Assembly: GCA_030611625.1 (NCBI GenBank)
Contig: JAUWPK010000002.1
Span: forward strand, 1-24,000
Source of the DNA: Promethearchaeum sp.
GTDB taxonomy: Archaea; Asgardarchaeota; Lokiarchaeia; Sigyniarchaeales; Promethearchaeaceae
Direction: 5' to 3'
DNA length: 24,000 bases
Part shown: in pieces, positions 15,354 through 23,996 of the stretch
How positions within the stretch are numbered: position 1 is the stretch's first letter
Layout: each line of letters opens with the position of its first letter
Translations under genes and position numbers: made by a program
The notes under the pieces: generated by a model
What the model saw: the letters and a program-made list of their open reading frames with translations, nothing else
Database searches by the model: none
What the model was told of the DNA's origin: nothing

Positions 15354-16217
15354 ATGGATCCAATTATTCTCGATGGTCGCTCTTTATCAAAAAAAATCAC
15401 AGATAATTTAAAAGAAAAAATCGAAGTTGCGACGGAAAAGTATGGTCGTCCACCTTGTTTGGCAACTATTCTTGTTGGAGAAGATCCAGCCAGTAAAGTA
15501 TACGTTAACATTAAAAATAAGACTTGTGAAAGAATAGGGATTATTACTATTAAAAAAAATTTTACATTTGATATTAAGATTGACCAATTATTCCAGGAAA
15601 TAAAAAATTTAAATAAGAATCCTAAAGTGGATGGAATTTTAATTCAAATGCCTCTTCCAGAAAAATTACGAAAATATGAATCTAAAGTTATGGCTCTAAT
15701 TTCACCAGAAAAGGACATAGATGGATTCCATCCGAATAGTATCGGATTAAATATGCTTGGAAATGAGAAATACGGCGCATGTACTCCTAAGGGCATGATA
15801 AGATTATTAGAAGAATATGGAATCAACATAGACGGCGAAGAAGTTGTCATTATTAACCGAACTCCTGTAATCGGGAAACCCTTGGCAATGATGTTTATTA
15901 AAAGACATGCTACAGTGACAATTTGTCATAGTCATACTCGAAATTTAGATTTTCACTTAAAACGGGCAGACATTATCGCTGTTGGAGTAGGCCGTATAAA
16001 TTTTGTAACACCAGAAAGGATAAAAAATGGTGCTGTTATCTTGGATGCAGGAATAAACTATAATGAAAATGGTAAATTAGTCGGTGATGTCGATTTTGAA
16101 TCTGTAAAACCAAAATCTAAAGCAATTACACCCGTTCCTGGAGGAATAGGTCCAATGACAATTGCCATGTTGATGGAAAATACATATCTTGGTTATATAA
16201 ATCATGTAAGTAATTAA
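15354..16217 (+). CDS. folD: Bifunctional 5,10-methylene-tetrahydrofolate dehydrogenase / methenyl-THF cyclohydrolase
   Basis: ILDGRSLSKKI...PCLATILVGEDPASKVYVNIKNKTCERIGI, DGILIQMPLP, KDIDGFHP, CTPKG, VVIINRTPVIGKPLAMM, ATVTICHS and PVPGGIGPMTIAML match FolD end to end. Confidence 0.95.
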   Translation: MDPIILDGRSLSKKITDNLKEKIEVATEKYGRPPCLATILVGEDPASKVYVNIKNKTCERIGIITIKKNFTFDIKIDQLFQEIKNLNKNPKVDGILIQMPLPEKLRKYESKVMALISPEKDIDGFHPNSIGLNMLGNEKYGACTPKGMIRLLEEYGINIDGEEVVIINRTPVIGKPLAMMFIKRHATVTICHSHTRNLDFHLKRADIIAVGVGRINFVTPERIKNGAVILDAGINYNENGKLVGDVDFESVKPKSKAITPVPGGIGPMTIAMLMENTYLGYINHVSN

Positions 16218-16311
16218 ATTTGGAAGAAAAAAAATTCTAAAAAAGGTTCATTAAGCATATTATCAACAGATTAAGATTCTCTTTTTTTAAGTTTGAAGAA
16301 TATAATTTATT

Positions 16312-17766
16312 GTGGCTGGATTAGCTGGAATTATAAAATTTAATATCGAAAACGAACTACACGGTATTTCAAAAGAATTATATTATCTTTTATTCGGATT
16401 ACAAAATCGCGGGCAAGCTTCTGCCAAAGCAATAACACAAATGAAGAATCCAAGCAATAAAGTTTACTATTATAGCAATGGTGTTAAATACGTTACCTTG
16501 GAGAATATTGATTCTACTCACTTTATTTATGCTGAACGAAAAGGAGATGGAATAGTTCGTGAACTTTTCGGTAATAAAGTAATTTTGGATTTATACGGGG
16601 AATCCGGGATAGGAGGGGTTAGCAATTATCAAGTATATAAAAGTGCTTCACTCCCTTATAGATATAAAATGGTAGCAGTGGGAAAAGATGGGTTTTTGGA
16701 AAATAGTGAAGAAATAAAACAATTTTTAGTAAAGCAGAATATTCCATTTAAGAAAGAAAGCAGTGAAGTAGAAATCTTCTCAAAATTATTCCATTATCAT
16801 TATTTACAATCTTCTTCAGGAGCAGAAGCAATGAAACGATGTGTTTTGGGTTTCAATGATACACCCGGGATAAAAGGATTGATTTCAGCTTTAGCATTAA
16901 TACCTAGTGGAATTGTAGCTTTTAGTAATGGAAAACCTCTTGGATATATTTACTCTTCAGATGCAGTATATTTTGCTAGTGAAAGTGCCGGTCCTTGGAG
17001 TTTTTTCAAAGAGATGAATAGTGAGAATTTTAGCGAATATTGGCATGATATTGAACCAGGTGAAATTTTTGAATTTAACCGGGATGGAACATTCCATAAA
17101 GATACATTCAAGACCTCAAATAAAATGTGCTCATTTGAATGGGCATATTTTGCTCGCCCCTCTACTGTAATATATAATGAAGAAGCAGGTGATGTACGAA
17201 AAAAAATTGGGAAACAATTAGTTCCGAAAATTTTTGATAATATTCGAAAATCGGGTGGTAATCCAAACGATTGTATTGTTGTTCCAGTTCTTGATTCAGG
17301 AAATTGGTACGGTATTGGAGTTTGTGAAGGATCTAAGCTATCTTTTATCCCTGGACTTTATAAAAATAAATATTCTTTGAAATCGTTCATTCTTGATTAT
17401 CAAGAAAATCGCGATCAAGAAGTTCTTATTAAACATATTCCCAGTGTTATCCAATTGAGAGATAAGGAAATCATATTGGTTGATGATAGTATCGTTAGGG
17501 GGACAACAATGAGAATTATTGTCGAATTTGTTAAGAAAAAAGCAAGACCATCGAAAATTCATGTAGTTGCTGGGTACCCTGAAAAAAGATATGCATGTCC
17601 ATATACATCTGAAGGAAAAGATAAATTAATTGCAAATGAAATGACAACGGATATGATTCGTGATAAAATAGGAGCAGATACTTTAACTTATGGAGAACAT
17701 CACATGTGGCATGGAATTCTTGGAGATGATTGTTGCTATAAATGTGAAAAAAGAGTAGAAGATTAA
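16312..17766 (+). CDS. Amidophosphoribosyltransferase (PurF) homolog lacking the N-terminal nucleophile Cys
   Basis: It has the PRTase motif IILVDDSIVRGTTMRII. CSFEWAYFARPS matches CSMEYIYFSRPD, YYLLFGLQNRGQAS matches YYGLHSLQHRGQEG, and CCYKC and YACPY fall at Fe-S ligand positions. The N-terminus is (GTG)M-AGLAGI where PurF has CG(I/V)xGI. An in-frame TAA at 16303-16305 excludes any upstream Cys. Confidence 0.8.
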   Translation: MAGLAGIIKFNIENELHGISKELYYLLFGLQNRGQASAKAITQMKNPSNKVYYYSNGVKYVTLENIDSTHFIYAERKGDGIVRELFGNKVILDLYGESGIGGVSNYQVYKSASLPYRYKMVAVGKDGFLENSEEIKQFLVKQNIPFKKESSEVEIFSKLFHYHYLQSSSGAEAMKRCVLGFNDTPGIKGLISALALIPSGIVAFSNGKPLGYIYSSDAVYFASESAGPWSFFKEMNSENFSEYWHDIEPGEIFEFNRDGTFHKDTFKTSNKMCSFEWAYFARPSTVIYNEEAGDVRKKIGKQLVPKIFDNIRKSGGNPNDCIVVPVLDSGNWYGIGVCEGSKLSFIPGLYKNKYSLKSFILDYQENRDQEVLIKHIPSVIQLRDKEIILVDDSIVRGTTMRIIVEFVKKKARPSKIHVVAGYPEKRYACPYTSEGKDKLIANEMTTDMIRDKIGADTLTYGEHHMWHGILGDDCCYKCEKRVED

Positions 17767-17788
17767 TCCAGAAAAAAAGATTTGGTTC

Positions 17789-18949
17789 TTATTCATCTAG
17801 AATATCTTTAGCACATTCAGGACAATAACTGTGGGAAAATTTCGCTTCAGAATGGTTATCAATATACGTTTCCATTTGATGCCATGTTCCATATTCATCT
17901 CGGATTTTTTTACAGAGAGAACATATTGGTAGAAAACCTGAAAGAACTTTAATTTCAGATAATACATCTTCTACTCGTTTTTCAAGATTATCAGAATATG
18001 ATTTTAGCTGAATTGACGCAATTTTAAGTTGTGTAACCGTTGCTATTAGATATAAATTAGTAATTGATATTACAAACAAGAAAAATTGAGTCATAATTAA
18101 CGAATCATAAAGATTATTTTCAAAAAAGGGGCTATTTCCAATAACCAAACCAGTAATGGCAAAAATATATATAACTAATATTTGAATTACTGCAAATCTT
18201 GGAGAAAATCGAATAACAGCCCAAATAATAAAAGGAATGATAATATACGCGAAATTTACGGATTCAAAAATAGGAGATATACCTAAGAGAAAAAATACAT
18301 AAAAAAGTCCTGTTAAAAATAAAAATAAAATCATTTCGAGAATTCTTTCTTTTTTCCAAGAATAATAATCTTGTACTTCGAGTAATATTAATACTGGAGA
18401 AATAATGATGATTCCAGTAACATTTGAGAGCCACCAATCAAAAATTCCATGAAAAATCAATGCGTTATTAAAATCAACCCTAATAAAAAGACTTAAGCCA
18501 ATTGCTAATGCACCAATTATACATACTAAGTGGACAATTAAGATATATCGAAACAAATAATGCAATTTAAAAAAGATCTCTTTTTTCGAGCAGAATTTTT
18601 CAAGAAGATAAACACACAATAAAGGTTGTATTGTATTTACGATAGATACGAGAATGATAGATAAGAGTGAGAATCCCCAAGATATTACTTCCGAATCTAA
18701 GAGAAATAATAAAGCTTCAAAAGCAGTTCCAAAAAAGATTCCAATTGCATATTTCCGATTTCTACCTAAGAGAACAGCAAGATTGAAACCGGCAGGTAAA
18801 TAAATCGGTAGAACCATACCTTCCATATTAAATTTAAGTAAATAACTTAATTTCCCTAAAATTAAGACAATTAATGCAATCAATATATTATAAAAGGTAA
18901 ATTGCACATATGACTTTCGATTCCGAGATTTATGGTTTTCAGAACCCAT
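17789..18949 (-). CDS. MASE1-like polytopic membrane sensor with coiled-coil linker and C-terminal CxxC...CPxC cytoplasmic module
   Basis: About 8-10 TM helices begin with LPIYLPAGFNLAVLLGRNRKYAIGIFFGTAF, which is MASE1-like (P-x-G ... G-x-r). Next comes a helix, QLKIASIQLKSYSDNLEKRVEDVLSEIKVL. The protein ends with SGFLPICSLCKKIRDEYGTWHQMETYIDNHSEAKFSHSYCPECAKDI (nt about 17792-17944). Confidence 0.7.
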   Translation of the reverse strand: MGSENHKSRNRKSYVQFTFYNILIALIVLILGKLSYLLKFNMEGMVLPIYLPAGFNLAVLLGRNRKYAIGIFFGTAFEALLFLLDSEVISWGFSLLSIILVSIVNTIQPLLCVYLLEKFCSKKEIFFKLHYLFRYILIVHLVCIIGALAIGLSLFIRVDFNNALIFHGIFDWWLSNVTGIIIISPVLILLEVQDYYSWKKERILEMILFLFLTGLFYVFFLLGISPIFESVNFAYIIIPFIIWAVIRFSPRFAVIQILVIYIFAITGLVIGNSPFFENNLYDSLIMTQFFLFVISITNLYLIATVTQLKIASIQLKSYSDNLEKRVEDVLSEIKVLSGFLPICSLCKKIRDEYGTWHQMETYIDNHSEAKFSHSYCPECAKDILDE

Positions 18950-19003
18950 TAATTAACAATTCAACTTAATTTATTATATAGATTTTTATTTAAAATTATT
19001 TGA

Positions 19004-19576
19004 TCATTCTGGTTTTACTAAAAATGCTTTGATGCGTAATTTTTCAAATAATCGAGTTGAAGTAGATTTGATTAAACAACATGTATCAGCACCACTCCCA
19101 GTTCCTCCTACTGAAATAACATCTTCTCCTACATCTACAGCACCAGCATCACAAGCCATCAGAACAATCTCCATTACAACTTTAATACCTTGACACATAA
19201 CCGTTCTTATTAATCGAGCGAACATAGTTGTATTGTCATATTGCTGATATTTTCTGAGAAGTGAACTTCCCACCCCTGAAAAAGCCAATACTCCTGTTAT
19301 CACTTTTATTCCTTGTTTTTCCAATTCATTTCTTAATTTTTCTGGAAATTCTTGTTCCAATCCTTCTCTAAACCCGTAGTTATGGGTAACAACTATCAAT
19401 TCATAAATAGAAGGGTCAAAAATACTAATTGCTTGGCTAATTGTATATCCTCCTGTTGAAGCAATTACAATTTTTTTAATATTTAGTAGATCTGCATTAA
19501 TTTTTGCAAGTTCCAAAGTTTCTTCTGTATTTTCTTTTCCAGGAGAATCGAATATTTTAAATTTTAATTCTGGCAT
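19004..19576 (-). CDS. Stand-alone pyruvate-kinase C-terminal (alpha/beta) domain-like protein
   Basis: 190 aa. FDSPGKENTEETLELAKINADLLNIKKIVIASTGGYT, VVTHNYGFREG, GIKVITGVLAFSGV, QGIKVVMEIVLMACDAG and VISVGGTGSGADT match, from memory, the conserved archaeal family of this size. Confidence 0.65.
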   Translation of the reverse strand: MPELKFKIFDSPGKENTEETLELAKINADLLNIKKIVIASTGGYTISQAISIFDPSIYELIVVTHNYGFREGLEQEFPEKLRNELEKQGIKVITGVLAFSGVGSSLLRKYQQYDNTTMFARLIRTVMCQGIKVVMEIVLMACDAGAVDVGEDVISVGGTGSGADTCCLIKSTSTRLFEKLRIKAFLVKPE

Positions 19577-19664
19577 TGTTATTCACTTGTTACGTAAAGA
19601 TAATATAATTATCCTCAAGAAGTTTTTTCTCCTTAGAATTATCTTGATATATTTAATTCTTATT

Positions 19665-19970
19665 TTAAGAGAGGTGGTTCCTGCATGGAGAATTTTCTGG
19701 AGCAATCTTAGAAATTATGGGACCGACTATTAACGCTCCAATAACGGGAAGAAATAATAAACCAAGATTGTAATTTCCAACTTTAATAGTAATTAATGGT
19801 AATAAGAAGTCTATGAAAAAATACTAGATGCTATCAATCGAAATGCGTAGAAGTATAGCAACTACTCCACCTAAAGCACCAATAATTGCAGTAAATAAAT
19901 ATATCTTCAACCAATAGTCAACATTTCTTCTACTTGGTCGGTCCGTTATTTTGGTTGATGGATTCACCAT
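19665..19970 (-). pseudogene. Truncated N-terminal remnant of a ClC-type chloride channel gene, interrupted by an in-frame TAG
   Basis: The minus-strand reading is MVNPSTKITDRPSRRNVDYWLKIYLFTAIIGALGGVVAILLRISIDSI-TAG(19826-19824)-YFFIDFLLPLITIKVGNYNLGLLFLPVIGALIVGPIISKIAPENSPCRNHLS-TAA. The two helices and the ...PxxGALxVG....APE segment resemble the ClC N-terminus just before the GSGIP motif, which is missing. Only about 90 nt remain before the next gene. Confidence 0.4.
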
Positions 19971-20008
19971 AAATCCTCCAAATTCTTTAATAAATTGGAA
20001 AAAAAAGA

Positions 20009-21085
20009 TTAGATATTGCCAAAAACTAAGAATTTCTTGTCGCTCCCAAGAGAGTATACTTGGAAAGTTCTTCCTTTTTTGGTTTCACAATTCAAAACTA
20101 GTACAGGAAAGAGATAAATTGGCAATCTTATATTAATATCTTCCTTTTTTGATGATTGCTTCCACTCTTTACTCGCTTCCTTCACAGTCTTTCCAATTTC
20201 TTTAGAATAATAACCTAAACTGGGTTCAATAAATTTCTGATCTAAATCCTTTTCAGGTTTACGGATTATAATAGCTTCCACTTGTTCAATTGCGTCATGA
20301 ATTTCTTTGCCCATTTCCTTTTCTAATCCCGATAATTTTATCGATGATAAGAGAACAGGGTCAGATTCGTGCTCTTTTTTAAACGGAACAGGTTTAATTT
20401 GATATGTGAAAAAGATTCCATACCCTTTGCAGTCAGAACACTGAATTATCCCCTGCCCATCGCAATATTTACAAGATACTTTCCCAGTTCCACCACATTT
20501 AGCACATGTAATTTTACCTGAAGCCATGCAAACATTGCATTTTACTTCAATATTTTTCTTAGTTTTCTCTTGTTTTTCATTAATTACTGTAATCTCGAGA
20601 TTTACTTTCCCAGTTCCCTCACAAGCTTTACATTTTGTCTTTTCTACATTTCCGCCGCAATCAGGGCAAGGAATGAGTTTAGATCCTTCACATTTTTTAC
20701 AAGAAACCCCTCCTAGACCATTGCAGCGACTACAATTTTGCTTTTGGAGTGTTTTGTAAAATGGTACCTCTGAAGAGCCTTTCCAGTCAGATTTAATAGG
20801 ATAACCGTTAATATTGTAGAACTTTTCTTTTTCAACATCCCTGACTGATGCTTTTTCCGTTTTAATTTTTTCTTTCGATGGTTCAATATCGATTGACTTC
20901 TCTAAATAAATTACAATTGCTTTTTCTACACTTTTTACAAATTCAGCAGCAGTAATATTATCCAATTTAAACACAGCACCTTTAACGCCATAATGCTTTT
21001 CTAATTTCTGTGCTTTTGCGTTTTTTTGTTTCCAATTCTCCCAGATAACATCTGGATTGGCCGATTTTATTGAAATATTTCCCAT
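20009..21085 (-). CDS. Protein with eight DnaJ-type CxxC(xGxG) zinc-finger motifs and no J domain, flanked by unrecognised N- and C-terminal domains
   Basis: Residues 118-219 (nt 20429-20734) contain CSRCNGLG, CKKCEGS, CPDCGG, CKACEGTG, CNVCMASG, CAKCGGTG, CKYCDGQG and CSDCKGYG. They fall into two clusters of four separated by a K/E-rich beta-like linker. There is no HPD motif anywhere. Confidence 0.8.
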   Translation of the reverse strand: MGNISIKSANPDVIWENWKQKNAKAQKLEKHYGVKGAVFKLDNITAAEFVKSVEKAIVIYLEKSIDIEPSKEKIKTEKASVRDVEKEKFYNINGYPIKSDWKGSSEVPFYKTLQKQNCSRCNGLGGVSCKKCEGSKLIPCPDCGGNVEKTKCKACEGTGKVNLEITVINEKQEKTKKNIEVKCNVCMASGKITCAKCGGTGKVSCKYCDGQGIIQCSDCKGYGIFFTYQIKPVPFKKEHESDPVLLSSIKLSGLEKEMGKEIHDAIEQVEAIIIRKPEKDLDQKFIEPSLGYYSKEIGKTVKEASKEWKQSSKKEDINIRLPIYLFPVLVLNCETKKGRTFQVYSLGSDKKFLVFGNI

Positions 21086-21333
21086 TTTTTTTACATCTAA
21101 TTCTCTTAAAATTTTTTTTATTGCTTTTTGTTATTTGGTTTTTGAACTTTAATATCTTTTCCATGTTAATATATCACTGCAATTATTGTTCAACATGATT
21201 TAAAGAGGATATTGTAATTTTTTTTAGGTATAAGTATAAAATTGTGTTTTTCTTTTAGGTTTACAATTTTTTATGCTTTTTATTATTAAAACTTAAGCGG
21301 ATTCTTTATTACATCTTTCTCTAATTACAAAAT

Positions 21334-21705
21334 ATGAACTGGAAGCGATTAATAATTAGTATTCCTCTTGGAATGTTAATGGGAGTAATTTGCATTATTG
21401 GACTCTCTCAACGAATTCCTACGGGTGGTGTAGATCCAAGTAATTCAATTTACCTTTGGGGTGCTTGGTATGAACGCGTTATAATGGGTGTAATGATTGG
21501 ATTTGCAGGTGAACTAGTAATTTTTAAATCAAAAAGAAATTTGCTTAACGCTTTTGTTCGAGGAGCAATTCTTGGGTTGTTTACTTCTGCAGGATATGGA
21601 TTTCTCCAACAATTTATTGATTTACCCTTTTTCTTTGCTGGGATTATATTTGGTGGAACAATTGATATTATTGCAACGTATTTTAGTAGCGGTAAAATTG
21701 ATTGA
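21334..21705 (+). CDS. Small hypothetical membrane protein (about 4 TM, Gly-rich helices)
   Basis: 123-aa ORF with helices LIISIPLGMLMGVICIIGL, VIMGVMIGFAGELVIF, AILGLFTSAGYGF and FFFAGIIFGGTIDIIA. It is divergent from the Cys-rich gene. Confidence 0.55.
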   Translation: MNWKRLIISIPLGMLMGVICIIGLSQRIPTGGVDPSNSIYLWGAWYERVIMGVMIGFAGELVIFKSKRNLLNAFVRGAILGLFTSAGYGFLQQFIDLPFFFAGIIFGGTIDIIATYFSSGKID

Positions 21706-21853
21706 TTTGTATTAAAATTTTTACATTTTTGCTTTTTTTTGGTTTTTTAACTCATTTAGCTTTTGGTCGAATTAAAAATCGAATTTTGCTTTAGATTTTT
21801 AAAAAACATTTATATTAATTTGAAAATCAGATATAAATATTGTTTGAGCCTAA

Positions 21854-23371
21854 TTATTGATAAGATTCATAATTAGGACAAAAAATGGAATTTATATGAC
21901 TATTTATCATATTTAATTGGTTTTTCTTAAAAGATTCTACATTTATTTTTTCTGAATTCTTCAAAAAAGTCAAAATTTTTAGCGATTCATTATATTCATA
22001 TTCAATTTTAGCGTAAATTCTATATAATTCAAGTTTCTTTGCAATTTTTTGTGCTTGAGCTATTAATTCTTGATATTGCTCAAGATCGAAATTGAAAATA
22101 GAGATTTTCGCTTTTATTAATAAAGACTCGACATATATTGAATGAGAATATGTTTCTTCAGATATTTGAATTAATTTTTCAATATAGTATTGTAGATCAC
22201 TCAAGATTGTAGGATCGTCCATTTTCTCCATTTTTACTATTAAAATATTACATAAAGTCACTAAAGACATTACAGTAATATCATGGTAACGAATTTTATC
22301 ATGGATAATGGCTTCTAAATTGCTTTCAGCTTTATTATAGTTATCGTATCCTCCCTTTGATTTCAAAATTAAAGCTTCTGCTAGAAGAAATCGTTGAAGA
22401 ATTATTTTATTTTTATCTCTCTGTTTATTTTGTCTTAATTTAGCTAAATACTTATTAGCATTTTTATAATCGTTCATTTCTAGTAATACAGCAATAATTG
22501 GAACCAAAATCTCTGAAATTTGAAAAATGTCATTTAGATCTTCAGATATTTCTAAAGCATTTTTAAGAAATTTTAAAGATTTTTTATATTCTTTTTTATG
22601 CCAAAGTACTTCTCCAATATTTTGAGAGGCTACCTGAATTCCTTCCTTATATTTAGTAAAAGTATCTATTTCAAGCGATTTTGTCATAAATTCTAAGCTT
22701 TCGTTAAGTTCACCTAATTGTATTAATATCGCACCGATATTATTACCAGTCTTTGATATACCCCTAGTATTATTTATATCTTCATATATTTCGTAAGAAT
22801 GTTTCAAATTGGATAAGGCTCTTATTAGATCACCTCTAGCATTATATATCACCCCAATATTATTATAGGCGTGAGCAAGATCCATTTCCTTGTTTAATTT
22901 TATTCTGATTTTTAAATTAAATTTAAAATAATCTAAAGCTCTGTCTAATTCACCAGTTTGCCAGTAATAACCTCCTCTTAGAATGATAATATCAGATGTT
23001 TTTTCTAGGATTTCATTTTGTGAGATTTTTTTCAGATTAATTATATTTAACTTATTTTCAGCGATTTCAATATTTTGTAAAACTTCTTCCCGTTTTCCCA
23101 TTGAAAAGAGGATTTTAGCTTTTTCAATTAAAATGTCCACTTCAAACACGGGATCAGAAATAATTTTCTTATTTGCTTGTAATTTAATCGCAAGATTTAA
23201 TCCTTCTTTATATAATCCCAATTTTTCTAAAAACTGTAATTTTCTAATTTTTATTTTGGTTTTCTCATTAAAATTTAGATCTTTTCGTTTTTCATATTCT
23301 ACAATTTTAGATAAACCCTCTATAAAGAGACTTTTTTCAAACAACGTTTCCAGTATTCTTAGTTCTTCCAT
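21854..23371 (-). CDS. Tetratricopeptide (TPR, kinesin-light-chain-type) repeat protein
   Basis: It has repeated 40-42-aa units such as AHAYNNIGVIYNARGDLIRALSNLKHSYEIYEDI and TGNNIGAILIQLGELNESLEFMTKSLEI, plus ASQNIGEVLWHKKEYKKSLKFLKNALEI. No NTPase or enzymatic motif was seen. Confidence 0.85.
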   Translation of the reverse strand: MEELRILETLFEKSLFIEGLSKIVEYEKRKDLNFNEKTKIKIRKLQFLEKLGLYKEGLNLAIKLQANKKIISDPVFEVDILIEKAKILFSMGKREEVLQNIEIAENKLNIINLKKISQNEILEKTSDIIILRGGYYWQTGELDRALDYFKFNLKIRIKLNKEMDLAHAYNNIGVIYNARGDLIRALSNLKHSYEIYEDINNTRGISKTGNNIGAILIQLGELNESLEFMTKSLEIDTFTKYKEGIQVASQNIGEVLWHKKEYKKSLKFLKNALEISEDLNDIFQISEILVPIIAVLLEMNDYKNANKYLAKLRQNKQRDKNKIILQRFLLAEALILKSKGGYDNYNKAESNLEAIIHDKIRYHDITVMSLVTLCNILIVKMEKMDDPTILSDLQYYIEKLIQISEETYSHSIYVESLLIKAKISIFNFDLEQYQELIAQAQKIAKKLELYRIYAKIEYEYNESLKILTFLKNSEKINVESFKKNQLNMINSHINSIFCPNYESYQ

Positions 23372-23630
23372 TATTGTAACAATCCTCCAAATTTAAATGA
23401 TTATTCAAAATTATTATTTAATAAAGATAAAATAATTACCCTTAAAACCTTGGCGGTTTTCTTTAGAATATTGAATCTATTTAGAATATAATATATTAAC
23501 CCCTTTTTTCCAGAGAAAAAAGGGAAATCGGACAAAAAATTTGATTAAAATATAAAAAGGTATTCTAACTTAATAAAAAAGAAGTTTTTTGTCGTTAAAT
23601 AAAAATTTGAAAAAAATCATTTAAATTATC

Positions 23631-23996
23631 TTATTTGTTTTCTAATGCTTCAGCTTTCTTCTTTTTAGCTTCTTCCACTCGAGCTTCACAACTACGAAGA
23701 TTGTGTTCTGCTGAACGAATCGCATCTTTATATGTTTTATGAGCCTTCTTTAAAGCTTTATAGGCTAAAAAGATATCACGATCCAGATCTGCGTCATCTT
23801 CTTTAGAGTTATAAATATCTTCTTTGGTTTCTTGAGCTTCACGAGTCACAGTATAGTTATCTTTTGCTTGATTGAGAATATTTATCACTTCAGCTAGATT
23901 TTTTTTCTCTTTTTCTAAGGTTGTTTCAGCATTTTGGCGTTCAACTAAAGATTGCTCCTCTCCTTCTTTGTCATCAGTTGCATTTCTAAGGTCCAT
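23631..23996 (-). CDS. Charged coiled-coil protein of unknown function, possibly 5'-truncated by the window edge
   Basis: 121-aa ORF rich in E/K/A heptad-like sequence. The frame stays open upstream of ATG 23996 to the window end, so the true start is uncertain. Confidence 0.5.
   Translation of the reverse strand: MDLRNATDDKEGEEQSLVERQNAETTLEKEKKNLAEVINILNQAKDNYTVTREAQETKEDIYNSKEDDADLDRDIFLAYKALKKAHKTYKDAIRSAEHNLRSCEARVEEAKKKKAEALENK

Noticed and set aside
16306-16345. Alternative frame TAT-TGT-GGC at 16310-16318, which would give the C-G dipeptide expected at the PurF N-terminus
   Set aside because: That frame has no start codon directly before the Cys and hits TAA after 11 codons (YCGWISWNYKI*). 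It cannot join the long PurF frame without a frameshift that the sequence does not show. It is kept only as a reason to verify the base calls.
19824-19826. In-frame TAG in the ClC-like fragment read as pyrrolysine
   Set aside because: The reading frame is truncated after about 100 codons and lacks the rest of the channel regardless of how TAG is read. No Pyl-associated genes or methylamine methyltransferases occur in the window. A pseudogene is the simpler explanation.
904-21164. Remaining short track ORFs nested in or antisense to larger genes: 904-1086, 2536-2829, 3152-3394, 3720-3944, 7321-7593, 10634-10900, 10684-10887, 10928-11116, 12256-12459, 12524-12706, 13680-13871, 14600-14818, 15149-15337, 15320-15511, 15644-15850, 17338-17562, 19951-20136, 20526-20759 and 20982-21164
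   Set aside because: Each overlaps a longer ORF that has recognisable domain motifs. They are 60-97 aa, compositionally biased and without motifs, as expected from low stop-codon density on the antisense strand of AT-rich coding DNA.
22983-23396. 137-aa ORF on the plus strand, opposite the TPR gene
   Set aside because: It lies almost entirely antisense to a well-supported 505-aa TPR CDS. The sequence is low-complexity and F/I/S-rich, typical of shadow ORFs in AT-rich DNA, and has no motif.
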